From NCBI RefSeq assembly GCF_988243305.1, contig NZ_OZ547136.1: a stretch of DNA of 64,000 nucleotides. One strand, 5' to 3'. This document shows, one piece after another, positions 31,165 through 41,760 of the stretch. The translations under genes were made by a program, and so were the position numbers. How positions within the stretch are numbered: the stretch's first letter is position 1; the number at the start of each line of letters is the position of its first letter. The notes beneath the pieces were generated by a model. It saw only the letters and a program-made list of their open reading frames with translations, ran no database searches and was not told the DNA's origin.

Positions 31165-31875
31165 TTAATAATAATCGATAGTATTTTTGATGGTGTAAAC
31201 CCGTTCGACGGCGGGTTTTACTCCTTCATCAACAATGATTAGCTGACAGTCCACCGGATTGGCGTGACTGTCATATTCACAGCTCTGTTTTACATTACCA
31301 ACCCTTTGATTATTCAGTAAAGTAACCGCTGTGTAATCTAATTTTTTGATCGGATCCGTTGATGGCGTAGCGCTAACAGATAATGTTTTGTCGTTACTTT
31401 TCGTGGTTTTACCCAGCGGATAACCCTGATCATCATAGCGATATTCCATCTGCATCTGTTTGCTGCTGGCTTTAATCACAAAGCCATTATCATCGGTTTC
31501 CCAACTCACCCCAGCAGAAGGTAATTCTGCTAGCTGGCATTTTCCCTGCAAACGAACTCTTTTCTCCAGTGTCTGGGCATCACGGTAATAATTGGCGTCC
31601 AGTACCAGGGCAACCACGGTATTATTTTCCAGATCCAGTAATTCGAGTGAATCAAAACAGCCTTCTTCCGACAAAGTCCCCGAAACACGTTTCGTCACTT
31701 CACCTTGCTCATCCATTAATGTCTGAGTGAAATCTTTTACCGGACCACGCAGCGGATCAAAATCGAATTCATTAGAGAAACTGGCCATCTCAGGGGTAAA
31801 TGAAAGTGTTACCTCTGTGCGGTCACATCCTGTGAGGAATATCGCGAGTAAGCATGGCAGTAATTTGTATTTCAC
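31165..31875 (-). CDS. ynfC: Lipoprotein YnfC (UPF0257), GTG start
   Basis: (V)KYKLLPCLLAIFLTGC lipobox; 236-aa product from GTG. Confidence 0.8.
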   Translation of the reverse strand: MKYKLLPCLLAIFLTGCDRTEVTLSFTPEMASFSNEFDFDPLRGPVKDFTQTLMDEQGEVTKRVSGTLSEEGCFDSLELLDLENNTVVALVLDANYYRDAQTLEKRVRLQGKCQLAELPSAGVSWETDDNGFVIKASSKQMQMEYRYDDQGYPLGKTTKSNDKTLSVSATPSTDPIKKLDYTAVTLLNNQRVGNVKQSCEYDSHANPVDCQLIIVDEGVKPAVERVYTIKNTIDYY

Positions 31876-31982
31876 AACAGTCACCAGAGAGTAGAGATGA
31901 TTCTCAATCATAGTAGCAAATACAGTACTTTACACGTTAAATGCTATGCTTAAAGAAGTTATCTTCGCGTAAGGAGCTTATG

Positions 31983-32288
31983 ATGAAACTCTCAACCTGC
32001 TGTGCCGCGCTTCTGCTCGCCCTCGCCTCACCCGCGGTACTCGCCGCGCCGGGATCCTGTGAGCGCATACAGAGCGATATATCACAGCGCATTATCAATA
32101 ATGGCGTACCCGAAAGCAGCTTCACGTTAAGTATTGTACCCAATGACCAGGTTGATCAGCCTGATTCCCAGGTCGTCGGGCATTGCGCTAATGATACGCA
32201 TAAAATTCTCTACACCCGCACCACCAGCGGTAACGTCTCTGCTCCCGCGCAGTCTACCCAGGATGGCGCGCCTGCCGAACCGCAGTAA
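31983..32288 (+). CDS. ynfD: Secreted protein YnfD
   Basis: MKLSTCCAALLLALASPAVLAAPGSCERIQSDISQRIINNGVPESSFTL...; SD aaggag 6 nt upstream. Confidence 0.8.
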   Translation: MKLSTCCAALLLALASPAVLAAPGSCERIQSDISQRIINNGVPESSFTLSIVPNDQVDQPDSQVVGHCANDTHKILYTRTTSGNVSAPAQSTQDGAPAEPQ

Positions 32289-32486
32289 TACATTATCGAC
32301 TGCACGCCGGATACGACACATCCGGCGATTTGAACATACAACATAATCCCACCTTATTACTCATACCCTTCTATTGATATGGATTAATAATTCTTAACCC
32401 AAAATAGGTAGACTCCCTCTATTGTTAGCGCGCTAAATATTCAATATATAAACTTTTATATAACAATAAAGAACAGGGAGTGAGTT

Positions 32487-34913
32487 ATGTCCAAAAATGA
32501 ACAAATGGTGGGCATCAGCCGCAGAACACTCGTTAAATCTACCGCGATAGGTTCTCTGGCGCTGGCTGCAGGCGGTTTTTCTTTACCGTTCACCCTACGC
32601 AGTGCAGCGGCAGCGGTACAACAGGCCAGCGAAAAAGTGGTCTGGGGTGCCTGTTCCGTCAACTGTGGTAGCCGCTGTGCACTTCGTCTGCATGTTAAAG
32701 ATAATGAAGTGACCTGGGTGGAAACTGACAACACCGGCAGCGACGAGTATGGCAATCATCAAGTACGCGCCTGTTTGCGCGGTCGGTCCATCCGTCGACG
32801 TATTAATCATCCCGATCGCTTGAATTACCCAATGAAACGCGTGGGCAAACGCGGCGAAGGCAAATTCGAACGGATTAGCTGGGATGAAGCCCTGGATACT
32901 ATCGCCAGTAGCCTGAAAAAAACCGTCGAACAATATGGCAATGAGGCTGTATATATTCAGTACTCTTCAGGGATCGTTGGCGGCAATATGACCCGCTCTT
33001 CGCCATCCGCCTCGGCGGTCAAACGCCTGATGAACTGCTACGGCGGTTCACTCAACCAGTATGGCTCCTACAGCACCGCGCAAATTTCCTGTGCCATGCC
33101 CTACACCTACGGCAGTAATGATGGCAACAGCACCACGGATATTGAAAACAGCAAGCTGGTCGTGATGTTTGGTAACAACCCGGCAGAAACCCGCATGAGC
33201 GGCGGTGGCATCACTTATCTTCTTGAAAAAGCGCGCGAGAAATCGAACGCAAAAATGATTGTTATCGATCCGCGATATACCGATACAGCTGCTGGTCGTG
33301 AAGACGAATGGCTACCTATTCGCCCGGGCACCGATGCCGCGCTGGTTGCGGGTATTGCCTGGGTATTGATTAACGAAAATCTCGTTGATCAACCTTTTCT
33401 CGATAAATACTGCGTCGGCTATGACGAAAAAACCTTACCCGCAGATGCACCAAAAAATGGTCACTATAAAGCCTATATTCTTGGTGAAGGTGACGATAAA
33501 ACAGCGAAAACGCCGCAGTGGGCTTCGCAAATTACCGGTATCCCGGTGGACCGTATCATCAAACTGGCGCGTGAAATTGGCACAGCAAAACCCGCTTATA
33601 TCTGCCAGGGCTGGGGACCGCAACGCCAGGCAAACGGCGAGCTGACTGCACGTGCTATTGCGATGTTGCCTATTCTGACGGGCAATGTCGGCATCAGCGG
33701 CGGGAATAGTGGCGCGCGTGAATCGACCTATACCATTACCATAGAACGCCTACCGGTGCTGGATAATCCGGTCAAAACGTCAATCTCCTGCTTCAGCTGG
33801 ACAGATGCTATCGATCATGGCCCGCAAATGACGGCAATCCGCGACGGTGTCCGGGGCAAAGATAAACTGGATGTGCCCATTAAGTTCATCTGGAACTATG
33901 CGGGAAATACCCTCGTTAATCAGCATTCTGACATCAACAAAACGCATGAAATTCTGCAGGACGAATCGAAATGCGAAATGATTGTGGTCATCGAAAACTT
34001 TATGACCTCATCGGCAAAATATGCCGACATTCTGCTGCCAGACCTGATGACCGTTGAGCAGGAAGATATTATTCCTAACGACTACGCCGGTAACATGGGA
34101 TATCTCATTTTCCTTCAGCCAGTCACCAGCGAAAAATTCGAACGCAAACCGATTTACTGGATCCTGAGTGAAGTCGCGAAACGTCTTGGACCTGAAGTCT
34201 ATCAAAAGTTCACTGAAGGTCGCACTCAGGAACAATGGTTACAACATCTGTACGCCAAAATGCTTGCCAAAGATCCGGCGTTACCGTCTTACGACGAACT
34301 GAAAAAAATGGGTATCTATAAGCGTAAAGATCCCAATGGTCATTTTGTCGCCTACAAAGCATTTCGTGACGACCCCGAGGCAAATCCACTTAAAACGCCT
34401 TCCGGTAAGATTGAAATTTACTCCAGCAAGCTGGCGGAAATTGCCCGTACCTGGGAACTGGAAAAAGATGAAGTGATAAGCCCACTGCCGGTTTATGCCT
34501 CAACCTTTGAAGGCTGGGACTCCCCTGAACGTAGCACCTTCCCACTGCAACTGTTTGGTTTCCATTACAAATCCCGTACTCACTCGACCTACGGCAACAT
34601 TGATGTCCTGAAGGCAGCCTGCCGTCAGGAGGTGTGGATCAACCCTATAGATGCACAGAAACGTGGGATTGCCAACGGCGATATGGTGCGGGTGTTTAAC
34701 CATCGTGGCGAAGTTCGGCTACCAGCCAAAGTGACACCACGCATTCTCCCTGGGGTTAGCGCTATGGGCCAGGGAGCCTGGCACGAGGCCAATATGTCTG
34801 GCGATAAAATCGACCATGGCGGCTGTGTGAATACGCTAACCACTCTGCGCCCTTCACCACTGGCGAAGGGAAACCCGCAGCACACGAATCTGGTCGAGAT
34901 CGAAAAAATATAA
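32487..34913 (+). CDS. ynfE: Molybdopterin oxidoreductase catalytic subunit YnfE (DMSO-reductase family, putative selenate reductase), Tat signal
   Basis: 808-aa ORF with twin-arginine signal SRRTLVKSTAIGSLALAAGG and Fe-S Cys motif CSVNCGSRC. Confidence 0.9.
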   Translation: MSKNEQMVGISRRTLVKSTAIGSLALAAGGFSLPFTLRSAAAAVQQASEKVVWGACSVNCGSRCALRLHVKDNEVTWVETDNTGSDEYGNHQVRACLRGRSIRRRINHPDRLNYPMKRVGKRGEGKFERISWDEALDTIASSLKKTVEQYGNEAVYIQYSSGIVGGNMTRSSPSASAVKRLMNCYGGSLNQYGSYSTAQISCAMPYTYGSNDGNSTTDIENSKLVVMFGNNPAETRMSGGGITYLLEKAREKSNAKMIVIDPRYTDTAAGREDEWLPIRPGTDAALVAGIAWVLINENLVDQPFLDKYCVGYDEKTLPADAPKNGHYKAYILGEGDDKTAKTPQWASQITGIPVDRIIKLAREIGTAKPAYICQGWGPQRQANGELTARAIAMLPILTGNVGISGGNSGARESTYTITIERLPVLDNPVKTSISCFSWTDAIDHGPQMTAIRDGVRGKDKLDVPIKFIWNYAGNTLVNQHSDINKTHEILQDESKCEMIVVIENFMTSSAKYADILLPDLMTVEQEDIIPNDYAGNMGYLIFLQPVTSEKFERKPIYWILSEVAKRLGPEVYQKFTEGRTQEQWLQHLYAKMLAKDPALPSYDELKKMGIYKRKDPNGHFVAYKAFRDDPEANPLKTPSGKIEIYSSKLAEIARTWELEKDEVISPLPVYASTFEGWDSPERSTFPLQLFGFHYKSRTHSTYGNIDVLKAACRQEVWINPIDAQKRGIANGDMVRVFNHRGEVRLPAKVTPRILPGVSAMGQGAWHEANMSGDKIDHGGCVNTLTTLRPSPLAKGNPQHTNLVEIEKI

Positions 34914-34970
34914 CCCACTACAACCATAAATTCTGGCATGACATTTTGTTTGAAAAGCAATAAGTGAGTA

Positions 34971-37397
34971 ATGATGAAAATCCATACCACAGAGGCGCTC
35001 ATGAAGGCTGAAATCAGCCGTAGAAGTCTGATGAAAACCTCCGCACTTGGCAGTCTTGCGCTGGCAAGCAGTGCTTTCACTCTGCCATTTTCCCAAATGG
35101 TCCGAGCGGCAGAGGCACCGGTAGAAGAGAAAGCGGTCTGGAGTTCCTGCACCGTTAACTGCGGGAGCCGCTGTCTGTTACGTTTGCATGTGAAAGATGA
35201 CACCGTGTACTGGGTGGAGTCTGATACGACAGGTGACGACGTCTACGGTAATCATCAGGTTCGGGCATGTTTACGCGGGCGCTCTATCCGCCGACGGATG
35301 AATCATCCTGACAGGTTGAAATATCCCATGAAGCGCGTCGGCAAGCGCGGTGAAGGTAAATTTGAACGGATAAGTTGGGATGAAGCCCTGGATACCATCA
35401 GTGATAATCTTCGGCGGATCCTTGAAGATTACGGCAATGAGGCTGTACATGTCCTGTACGGAACAGGCGTAGATGGCGGAAACATCACCAACTCGAACGT
35501 CCCGTACCGTCTGATGAACTCTTGCGGTGGTTTTCTCAGTCGCTATGGCAGCTACAGTACCGCTCAAATCAGTGCCGCAATGAGTTATATGTTCGGTGCC
35601 AATGATGGCAACAGCCCGGATGATATAGCCAATACGAAACTGGTCGTTATGTTCGGAAATAACCCGGCAGAAACCCGGATGAGCGGCGGTGGTGTCACTT
35701 ACTACGTCGAGCAAGCCCGAGAACGTTCAAACGCACGCATGATCGTCATCGATCCACGTTATAACGACACTGCTGCCGGGCGTGAAGATGAATGGCTGCC
35801 AATTCGCCCAGGCACCGATGGCGCACTGGCCTGTGCGATTGCCTGGGTACTGATTACTGAAAACATGGTCGATCAGCCATTTCTCGACAAATATTGTGTT
35901 GGTTACGATGAAAAAACGCTGCCCGCCAACGCACCACGTAACGCGCATTATAAAGCCTATATTCTGGGCGAAGGGCCTGACGGCATAGCTAAAACGCCGG
36001 AATGGGCAGCAAAAATCACCAGCATCCCGGCAGAAAAAATTATCCATTTGGCACGAGAGATCGGTTCAGCAAAACCTGCTTATATTTGTCAGGGTTGGGG
36101 GCCACAACGACACTCCAACGGCGAACAAACGTCCCGCGCTATTGCCATGCTTTCCGTTCTCACCGGTAACGTCGGCATAAACGGCGGCAACTCAGGTGTA
36201 CGCGAAGGTAGCTGGGATCTGGGGGTAGAATGGTTCCCGATGCTCGAGAATCCTGTTAAAACGCAGATTTCCGTCTTTACATGGACAGATGCCATCGACC
36301 ATGGTACGGAAATGACCGCGACCCGTGATGGTGTTCGTGGAAAAGAAAAACTGGATGTCCCCATCAAGTTTTTATGGTGCTACGCCAGTAACACATTGAT
36401 CAATCAACATGGCGACATCAATCACACCCATGAGGTGCTTCAGGATGACAGCAAGTGCGAGATGATTGTTGGCATTGACCACTTCATGACTGCCTCGGCT
36501 AAGTATTGCGATATCCTGTTGCCCGACCTGATGCCAACAGAGCAAGAAGACCTTATCTCTCACGAATCTGCCGGGAATATGGGCTATGTGATCCTCGCCC
36601 AACCCGCAACCTCAGCAAAATTTGAACGCAAACCCATCTACTGGATGCTGAGTGAAGTCGCCAAACGCTTAGGACCAGACGTTTATCAAACCTTTACTGA
36701 AGGCCGCAGTCAGCACGAATGGATCAAATATCTCCATGCGAAAACGAAGGAACGTAACCCTGAGATGCCCGACTACGAGGAGATGAAAACGACCGGGATC
36801 TTTAAGAAAAAATGCCCGGAAGAACACTACGTCGCTTTCCGCGCATTCCGTGAAGATCCACAGGCAAACCCGTTGAAAACACCTTCGGGGAAAATCGAAA
36901 TTTATTCTGAACGACTGGCGACGATTGCGGATACCTGGGAATTGAAAAAAGATGAAATTATTCATCCCCTTCCTGCGTATACCCCAGGTTTTGATGGCTG
37001 GGACGATCCCCTGCGGAAAACCTATCCACTGCAGCTAACGGGCTTCCACTACAAAGCGCGTACCCACTCCAGCTACGGCAATATTGATGTGTTACAGCAG
37101 GCCTGCCCACAAGAGGTGTGGATCAACCCTATTGATGCTCAGGCACGCGGTATCCGTCATGGCGATACCGTGCGGGTATTTAACAATAATGGAGAAATGC
37201 TGATTGCCGCAAAAGTGACTCCGCGTATTCTGCCTGGCGTTACCGCCATCGGGCAAGGTGCGTGGCTTAAAGCGGATATGTTTGGTGACCGGGTCGATCA
37301 CGGCGGCAGTATTAATATTCTGACCTCTCACCGCCCTTCACCGCTGGCAAAGGGAAACCCGTCGCACAGCAATCTTGTCCAGATCGAAAAGGTTTAA
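34971..37397 (+). CDS. ynfF: Molybdopterin oxidoreductase catalytic subunit YnfF (paralog of YnfE/DmsA)
   Basis: 808-aa ORF with Tat signal SRRSLMKTSALGSLALASSAF and CTVNCGSRC. Confidence 0.9.
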   Translation: MMKIHTTEALMKAEISRRSLMKTSALGSLALASSAFTLPFSQMVRAAEAPVEEKAVWSSCTVNCGSRCLLRLHVKDDTVYWVESDTTGDDVYGNHQVRACLRGRSIRRRMNHPDRLKYPMKRVGKRGEGKFERISWDEALDTISDNLRRILEDYGNEAVHVLYGTGVDGGNITNSNVPYRLMNSCGGFLSRYGSYSTAQISAAMSYMFGANDGNSPDDIANTKLVVMFGNNPAETRMSGGGVTYYVEQARERSNARMIVIDPRYNDTAAGREDEWLPIRPGTDGALACAIAWVLITENMVDQPFLDKYCVGYDEKTLPANAPRNAHYKAYILGEGPDGIAKTPEWAAKITSIPAEKIIHLAREIGSAKPAYICQGWGPQRHSNGEQTSRAIAMLSVLTGNVGINGGNSGVREGSWDLGVEWFPMLENPVKTQISVFTWTDAIDHGTEMTATRDGVRGKEKLDVPIKFLWCYASNTLINQHGDINHTHEVLQDDSKCEMIVGIDHFMTASAKYCDILLPDLMPTEQEDLISHESAGNMGYVILAQPATSAKFERKPIYWMLSEVAKRLGPDVYQTFTEGRSQHEWIKYLHAKTKERNPEMPDYEEMKTTGIFKKKCPEEHYVAFRAFREDPQANPLKTPSGKIEIYSERLATIADTWELKKDEIIHPLPAYTPGFDGWDDPLRKTYPLQLTGFHYKARTHSSYGNIDVLQQACPQEVWINPIDAQARGIRHGDTVRVFNNNGEMLIAAKVTPRILPGVTAIGQGAWLKADMFGDRVDHGGSINILTSHRPSPLAKGNPSHSNLVQIEKV

Positions 37398-37407
37398 GGA
37401 GTAGCCC

Positions 37408-38025
37408 ATGACCACACAATATGGATTTTTTATCGATTCCAGCCGCTGTACTGGCTGTAAAACCTGCGAACTGGCGTGCAAAGATTTTAAAGATCTTGGC
37501 CCGGAAGTCAGTTTCCGCCGTATTTATGAATATGCTGGCGGCGACTGGCAGGAAGATAATGGCGTCTGGCACCAGAACGTGTTCGCTTATTATCTCTCCA
37601 TCTCCTGTAACCATTGCGATGACCCCGCATGTACAAAAGTCTGCCCCAGCGGCGCAATGCATAAGCGTGAAGATGGCTTTGTGGTGGTTGATGAAGATGT
37701 TTGTATCGGCTGCCGCTACTGCCACATGGCTTGTCCGTACGGCGCGCCACAGTACAATGCTGAAAAAGGGCACATGACGAAGTGCGATGGTTGTTATTCG
37801 CGCGTCGCCGAGGGGAAACAACCCATATGTGTCGAATCCTGCCCGCTGCGTGCACTTGAGTTCGGTCCAATTGAAGAGCTGCGCCAGAAGCACGGCACTC
37901 TGGCTGCCGTCGCGCCACTACCGCGCGCGCATTTCACAAAACCCAATATCGTTATCAAACCTAACGCCAACAGCCGCCCGACCGGCGATACCACTGGTTA
38001 TCTGGCTAATCCGGAGGAAGTGTAA
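37408..38025 (+). CDS. ynfG: 4Fe-4S ferredoxin-type subunit YnfG (DmsB-like)
   Basis: 205-aa ORF with multiple CxxCxxCxxxCP ferredoxin motifs. Confidence 0.9.
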   Translation: MTTQYGFFIDSSRCTGCKTCELACKDFKDLGPEVSFRRIYEYAGGDWQEDNGVWHQNVFAYYLSISCNHCDDPACTKVCPSGAMHKREDGFVVVDEDVCIGCRYCHMACPYGAPQYNAEKGHMTKCDGCYSRVAEGKQPICVESCPLRALEFGPIEELRQKHGTLAAVAPLPRAHFTKPNIVIKPNANSRPTGDTTGYLANPEEV

Positions 38026-38026
38026 A

Positions 38027-38881
38027 ATGGGAAATGGATGGCATGAATGGCCACTGGTTATCTTTACCGTATTGGGTCAATGCGTAGTAGGCGCGCTGAT
38101 TGTTAGCGGAATTGGCTGGTTCGCCGCCAATAATGACGCAGACCGTCAGCGTATTGTCCGTGGCATGTTTTTCCTCTGGCTGTTGATGGGCATCGGGTTT
38201 ATTGCCTCTGTCATGCACCTGGGATCGCCACTGCGAGCGTTTAACTCGCTGAATCGAATCGGAGCTTCTGGTCTGAGTAACGAGATTGCTGCCGGTTCAA
38301 TATTTTTTGCCGTTGGCGGATTATGGTGGCTGGTGGCGGTCATCGGTAAAATGCCGCAAGCGTTGGGGAAACTCTGGTTACTTGTCAGCATGGCGCTCGG
38401 CGTCATTTTCGTCTGGATGATGACCGGCGTGTATCAAATCGACACCGTGCCAACCTGGCATAACGGTTACACTACGCTGGCTTTCTTCCTGACAGTATTG
38501 TTGAGCGGTCCAATACTTGCTGCCGCAATTCTGCGGGCAGCCCGCATTACATTTAATACCACACCCTTTGCCATCATTAGCGTTCTGGCGCTGATCGCTT
38601 GTGCCGGGGTGATTGTGCTGCAAGGTTTGTCTCTGGCGTCTATTCACTCATCCGTACAACAAGCCAGCGCACTGGTACCAGATTACGCCTCCTTACAGGT
38701 CTGGCGTGTGGTATTGTTATGCACAGGTCTAGGATGCTGGCTTTGTCCGCTCATTCGTCGCCGTGAACCTCACGTTGCCGGACTTGTTCTGGGGCTAATC
38801 CTCATACTTGGCGGTGAGATGATCGGGCGTGTGCTCTTTTATGGCCTGCACATGACGGTAGGAATGGCTATTGCAGGTTAA
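38027..38881 (+). CDS. ynfH: Membrane anchor subunit YnfH (DmsC-like)
   Basis: MGNGWHEWPLVIFTVLGQCVVGALIVSGIGWF...; 284-aa polytopic protein; track ORF extends upstream in same frame. Confidence 0.85.
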   Translation: MGNGWHEWPLVIFTVLGQCVVGALIVSGIGWFAANNDADRQRIVRGMFFLWLLMGIGFIASVMHLGSPLRAFNSLNRIGASGLSNEIAAGSIFFAVGGLWWLVAVIGKMPQALGKLWLLVSMALGVIFVWMMTGVYQIDTVPTWHNGYTTLAFFLTVLLSGPILAAAILRAARITFNTTPFAIISVLALIACAGVIVLQGLSLASIHSSVQQASALVPDYASLQVWRVVLLCTGLGCWLCPLIRRREPHVAGLVLGLILILGGEMIGRVLFYGLHMTVGMAIAG

Positions 38882-38923
38882 CAAATTGGTGCGGGGCAAC
38901 CCGCACATTTCAGGATGTTAGGA

Positions 38924-39538
38924 ATGACCCATTTTTCACAGCAAGATAATTTTTCTGTCGCGGCGCGCGTGTTGGGCGCGCTGTTTTATTACGCTCCAGA
39001 GAGTGCGGAAGCCGCACCTCTGGTTGCGGTACTCACCCGTGACGGCTGGGAAACTCAGTGGCCTCTACCCGAAGCGTCATTAGCGCCGCTGGTGACGGCT
39101 TTTCAGGCACAGAGTGAAGAGACTCGCGCCCAGGCCTGGCAGCGTTTGTTTGTCGGCCCGTGGGCACTGCCGTCACCGCCGTGGGGGTCGGTCTGGCTGG
39201 ATCGCGAATCTGTGCTGTTTGGCGATTCAACATTGGCACTTCGTCAGTGGATGCGCGAGAAAGGCATTCAGTTTGAAATGAAGCAAAACGAACCGGAAGA
39301 TCATTTTGGTTCACTGCTGTTGATGGCTGCGTGGTTGGCGGAGAATGGTCGCCAGACAGAATGCGAAGAATTGCTGGCATGGCACCTTTTTCCGTGGTCA
39401 ATACGTTTTCTTGACGTTTTTATCGAAAAAGCAGAACACCCTTTCTACCGTGCACTGGGTGAACTGGCTCGCTTAACGCTGGCGCAATGGCAATCACAAC
39501 TGTTAATTCCTGTCGCGGTTAAACCACTCTTTCGATAG
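38924..39538 (+). CDS. dmsD: Tat proofreading chaperone DmsD
   Basis: MTHFSQQDNFSVAARVLGALFYYAPESAEAAPLVAVL... Confidence 0.9.
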   Translation: MTHFSQQDNFSVAARVLGALFYYAPESAEAAPLVAVLTRDGWETQWPLPEASLAPLVTAFQAQSEETRAQAWQRLFVGPWALPSPPWGSVWLDRESVLFGDSTLALRQWMREKGIQFEMKQNEPEDHFGSLLLMAAWLAENGRQTECEELLAWHLFPWSIRFLDVFIEKAEHPFYRALGELARLTLAQWQSQLLIPVAVKPLFR

Positions 39539-39731
39539 GATCACCGTAATATTGCCGGATGGTGGCGATTACGCGCAATTCGGCAATAATAGGTTACAGT
39601 GTCACGTTTTTTATCTCTTAAAGCACGCACTGCTTTTGCGTCTGGCCTCTTTTGCCGCAAAATAGTCGCCCGTGTTTCATTGCCCATTTCTGCTCATGCA
39701 TCATCTACACATCTATCCGGATCTGCGCACT

Positions 39732-40988
39732 ATGTTCCGCCGTCTGCTTATCGCAACAGTCGTCGGTATTCTCGCGGCCTTTGCCGTTGCCGGGTTTCGT
39801 CATACGATGCTGCTACTGGAGTGGTTGTTCCTCAATAATGACTCGGGCAGTCTGGTCAATGCAGCGACAAATCTTTCCCCGTGGCGACGGCTGCTAACTC
39901 CGGCGCTCGGCGGACTGGCGGCGGGTTTGTTGCTGATGGGCTGGCAGAAATTTACCCAGCAACGCCCTCATGCGCCGACCGATTACATGGAAGCGTTGCA
40001 AACCGATGGGCAGTTTGATTACGCAGCAAGCCTGGTTAAATCGCTTGCCTCTCTGCTGGTAGTAACCAGCGGCAGTGCAATTGGTCGCGAAGGTGCGATG
40101 ATTCTTTTAGCTGCCCTTGCCGCCTCCTGTTTTGCCCAACGTTTTACGCCACGCCAGGAGTGGAAATTATGGATCGCCTGTGGAGCTGCGGCGGGAATGG
40201 CTGCGGCCTATCGCGCCCCGCTTGCTGGCAGTTTATTTATAGCCGAAGTGCTGTTTGGCACTATGATGTTGGCCTCTCTCGGCCCGGTGATTATTTCCGC
40301 CGTCGTGGCGTTGCTGGTTAGCAATCTGATTAATCATAGCGACGCGTTACTCTACAGCGTACAACTCTCAGTGACGATTCAGGCTCGTGACTATGCGCTG
40401 ATTATCAGTACAGGTGTGCTGGCAGGTCTGGGCGGACCACTGTTGTTAACGTTAATGAACGCCTGTCATCGTGGATTTGTAAGTCTCAAACTTGCGCCGC
40501 CCTGGCAACTGGCACTGGGCGGGTTGATCGTGGGTCTGCTTTCCCTGTTCACACCTGCAGTGTGGGGCAACGGCTATAGCACCGTACAATCCTTTTTAAC
40601 CGCCCCGCCACTGTTAATGATCATTGCCGGGATCTTCCTCTGTAAACTGTTTGCCGTGCTGGCGAGTAGTGGTTCTGGCGCGCCCGGTGGTGTCTTTACA
40701 CCGACGCTATTTATCGGTCTTGCCATTGGCATGTTGTATGGTCGTAGCCTGGGATTATGGTTCCCTGATGGCGAAGAAATTACGCTTTTACTCGGATTGA
40801 CCGGGATGGCGACACTGTTGGCGGCAACCACGCACGCGCCGATTATGTCGACGTTGATGATATGTGAAATGACCGGGGAGTATCAGCTACTCCCCGGTTT
40901 ATTGATTGCCTGCGTAATTGCGTCGGTAATTTCGCGGACGTTACACCGTGACTCTATCTACCGCCAGCACACTGCGAAGCATAGCTAA
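39732..40988 (+). CDS. clcB: Voltage-gated ClC-type chloride channel ClcB
   Basis: [42 protein letters not shown]...; track ORF has 20-codon upstream extension. Confidence 0.9.
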   Translation: MFRRLLIATVVGILAAFAVAGFRHTMLLLEWLFLNNDSGSLVNAATNLSPWRRLLTPALGGLAAGLLLMGWQKFTQQRPHAPTDYMEALQTDGQFDYAASLVKSLASLLVVTSGSAIGREGAMILLAALAASCFAQRFTPRQEWKLWIACGAAAGMAAAYRAPLAGSLFIAEVLFGTMMLASLGPVIISAVVALLVSNLINHSDALLYSVQLSVTIQARDYALIISTGVLAGLGGPLLLTLMNACHRGFVSLKLAPPWQLALGGLIVGLLSLFTPAVWGNGYSTVQSFLTAPPLLMIIAGIFLCKLFAVLASSGSGAPGGVFTPTLFIGLAIGMLYGRSLGLWFPDGEEITLLLGLTGMATLLAATTHAPIMSTLMICEMTGEYQLLPGLLIACVIASVISRTLHRDSIYRQHTAKHS

Positions 40989-41636
40989 GCGGATGTATTG
41001 CCCCAGTTCACGCTGTTCGGCGCGCGGCAGATAAGGCAGTTCACCAATGAGCGGTGCCGGAAGTTTTTTACCGAGCACATCAATGATTTCCGCATAATGC
41101 GCCAGTCCTGGATTGATTCGGTTAGCCACCCAGCCAATGAGCGGTAGCCCGTCGTTGGCGATCGCCTGAGCTGTTAGCAGTGCATGGTTAATGCAACCTT
41201 CCTGAATACCGACAACCATCAACACCGGCAGTTGTTCCTGCACCACCCATTCAGAGAGCGGACGCAAATCATTCATCAGACTGCGCCAGCCGCCAGTCCC
41301 TTCTACCACCACATGATCGACTTTATCGGTCAGGTTTGCCAGGCCGTTTGAAATGAGGGTGTAATTGATTGGGCAACTGTGCGCCACGCTACTTTCTTCT
41401 TCGCTTAACGCGATAGGATTAACTGCTTCATAAGGCAGTTCGATGGTTGAAACACTCTGCAACACCAGGGCATCTTTATTACGCAGCCCTTCGGGTGTCT
41501 CTTTGCTCCCCTTCGCTACGGGTTTATATCCCGCAACCGTTTTTCCCTGGGAGGCTAACGCTTGTAGCAATGCGCGGGAAACCACCGTTTTCCCTACAGA
41601 AGTGTCTGTACCGGTAATAAAGAAACGCTTCAGCAT
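40941..41636 (-). CDS. bioD2: Dethiobiotin synthetase paralog BioD2 (YnfK)
   Basis: [43 protein letters not shown]... (P-loop). Confidence 0.9.
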   Translation of the reverse strand: MLKRFFITGTDTSVGKTVVSRALLQALASQGKTVAGYKPVAKGSKETPEGLRNKDALVLQSVSTIELPYEAVNPIALSEEESSVAHSCPINYTLISNGLANLTDKVDHVVVEGTGGWRSLMNDLRPLSEWVVQEQLPVLMVVGIQEGCINHALLTAQAIANDGLPLIGWVANRINPGLAHYAEIIDVLGKKLPAPLIGELPYLPRAEQRELGQYIRLAMLRSVLAVDRVTV

Positions 41637-41760
41637 CACTAACTCCACCGTTATGCTTCACAAATATAAACCAGGAAAATAATTAACCTTGAAAGTCTAA
41701 GTTATGCTTTCCTGGCCCAAATTGAGATAGCGCAAATTTTGGTAGAACAGTTAAAAAATG

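Noticed and set aside
37787-38026. Long N-terminal extension of the ynfH ORF in the track (364 aa)
   Set aside because: The extension overlaps ynfG in another frame; the start is placed at the ATG directly after the ynfG stop, giving the expected 284-aa membrane subunit.
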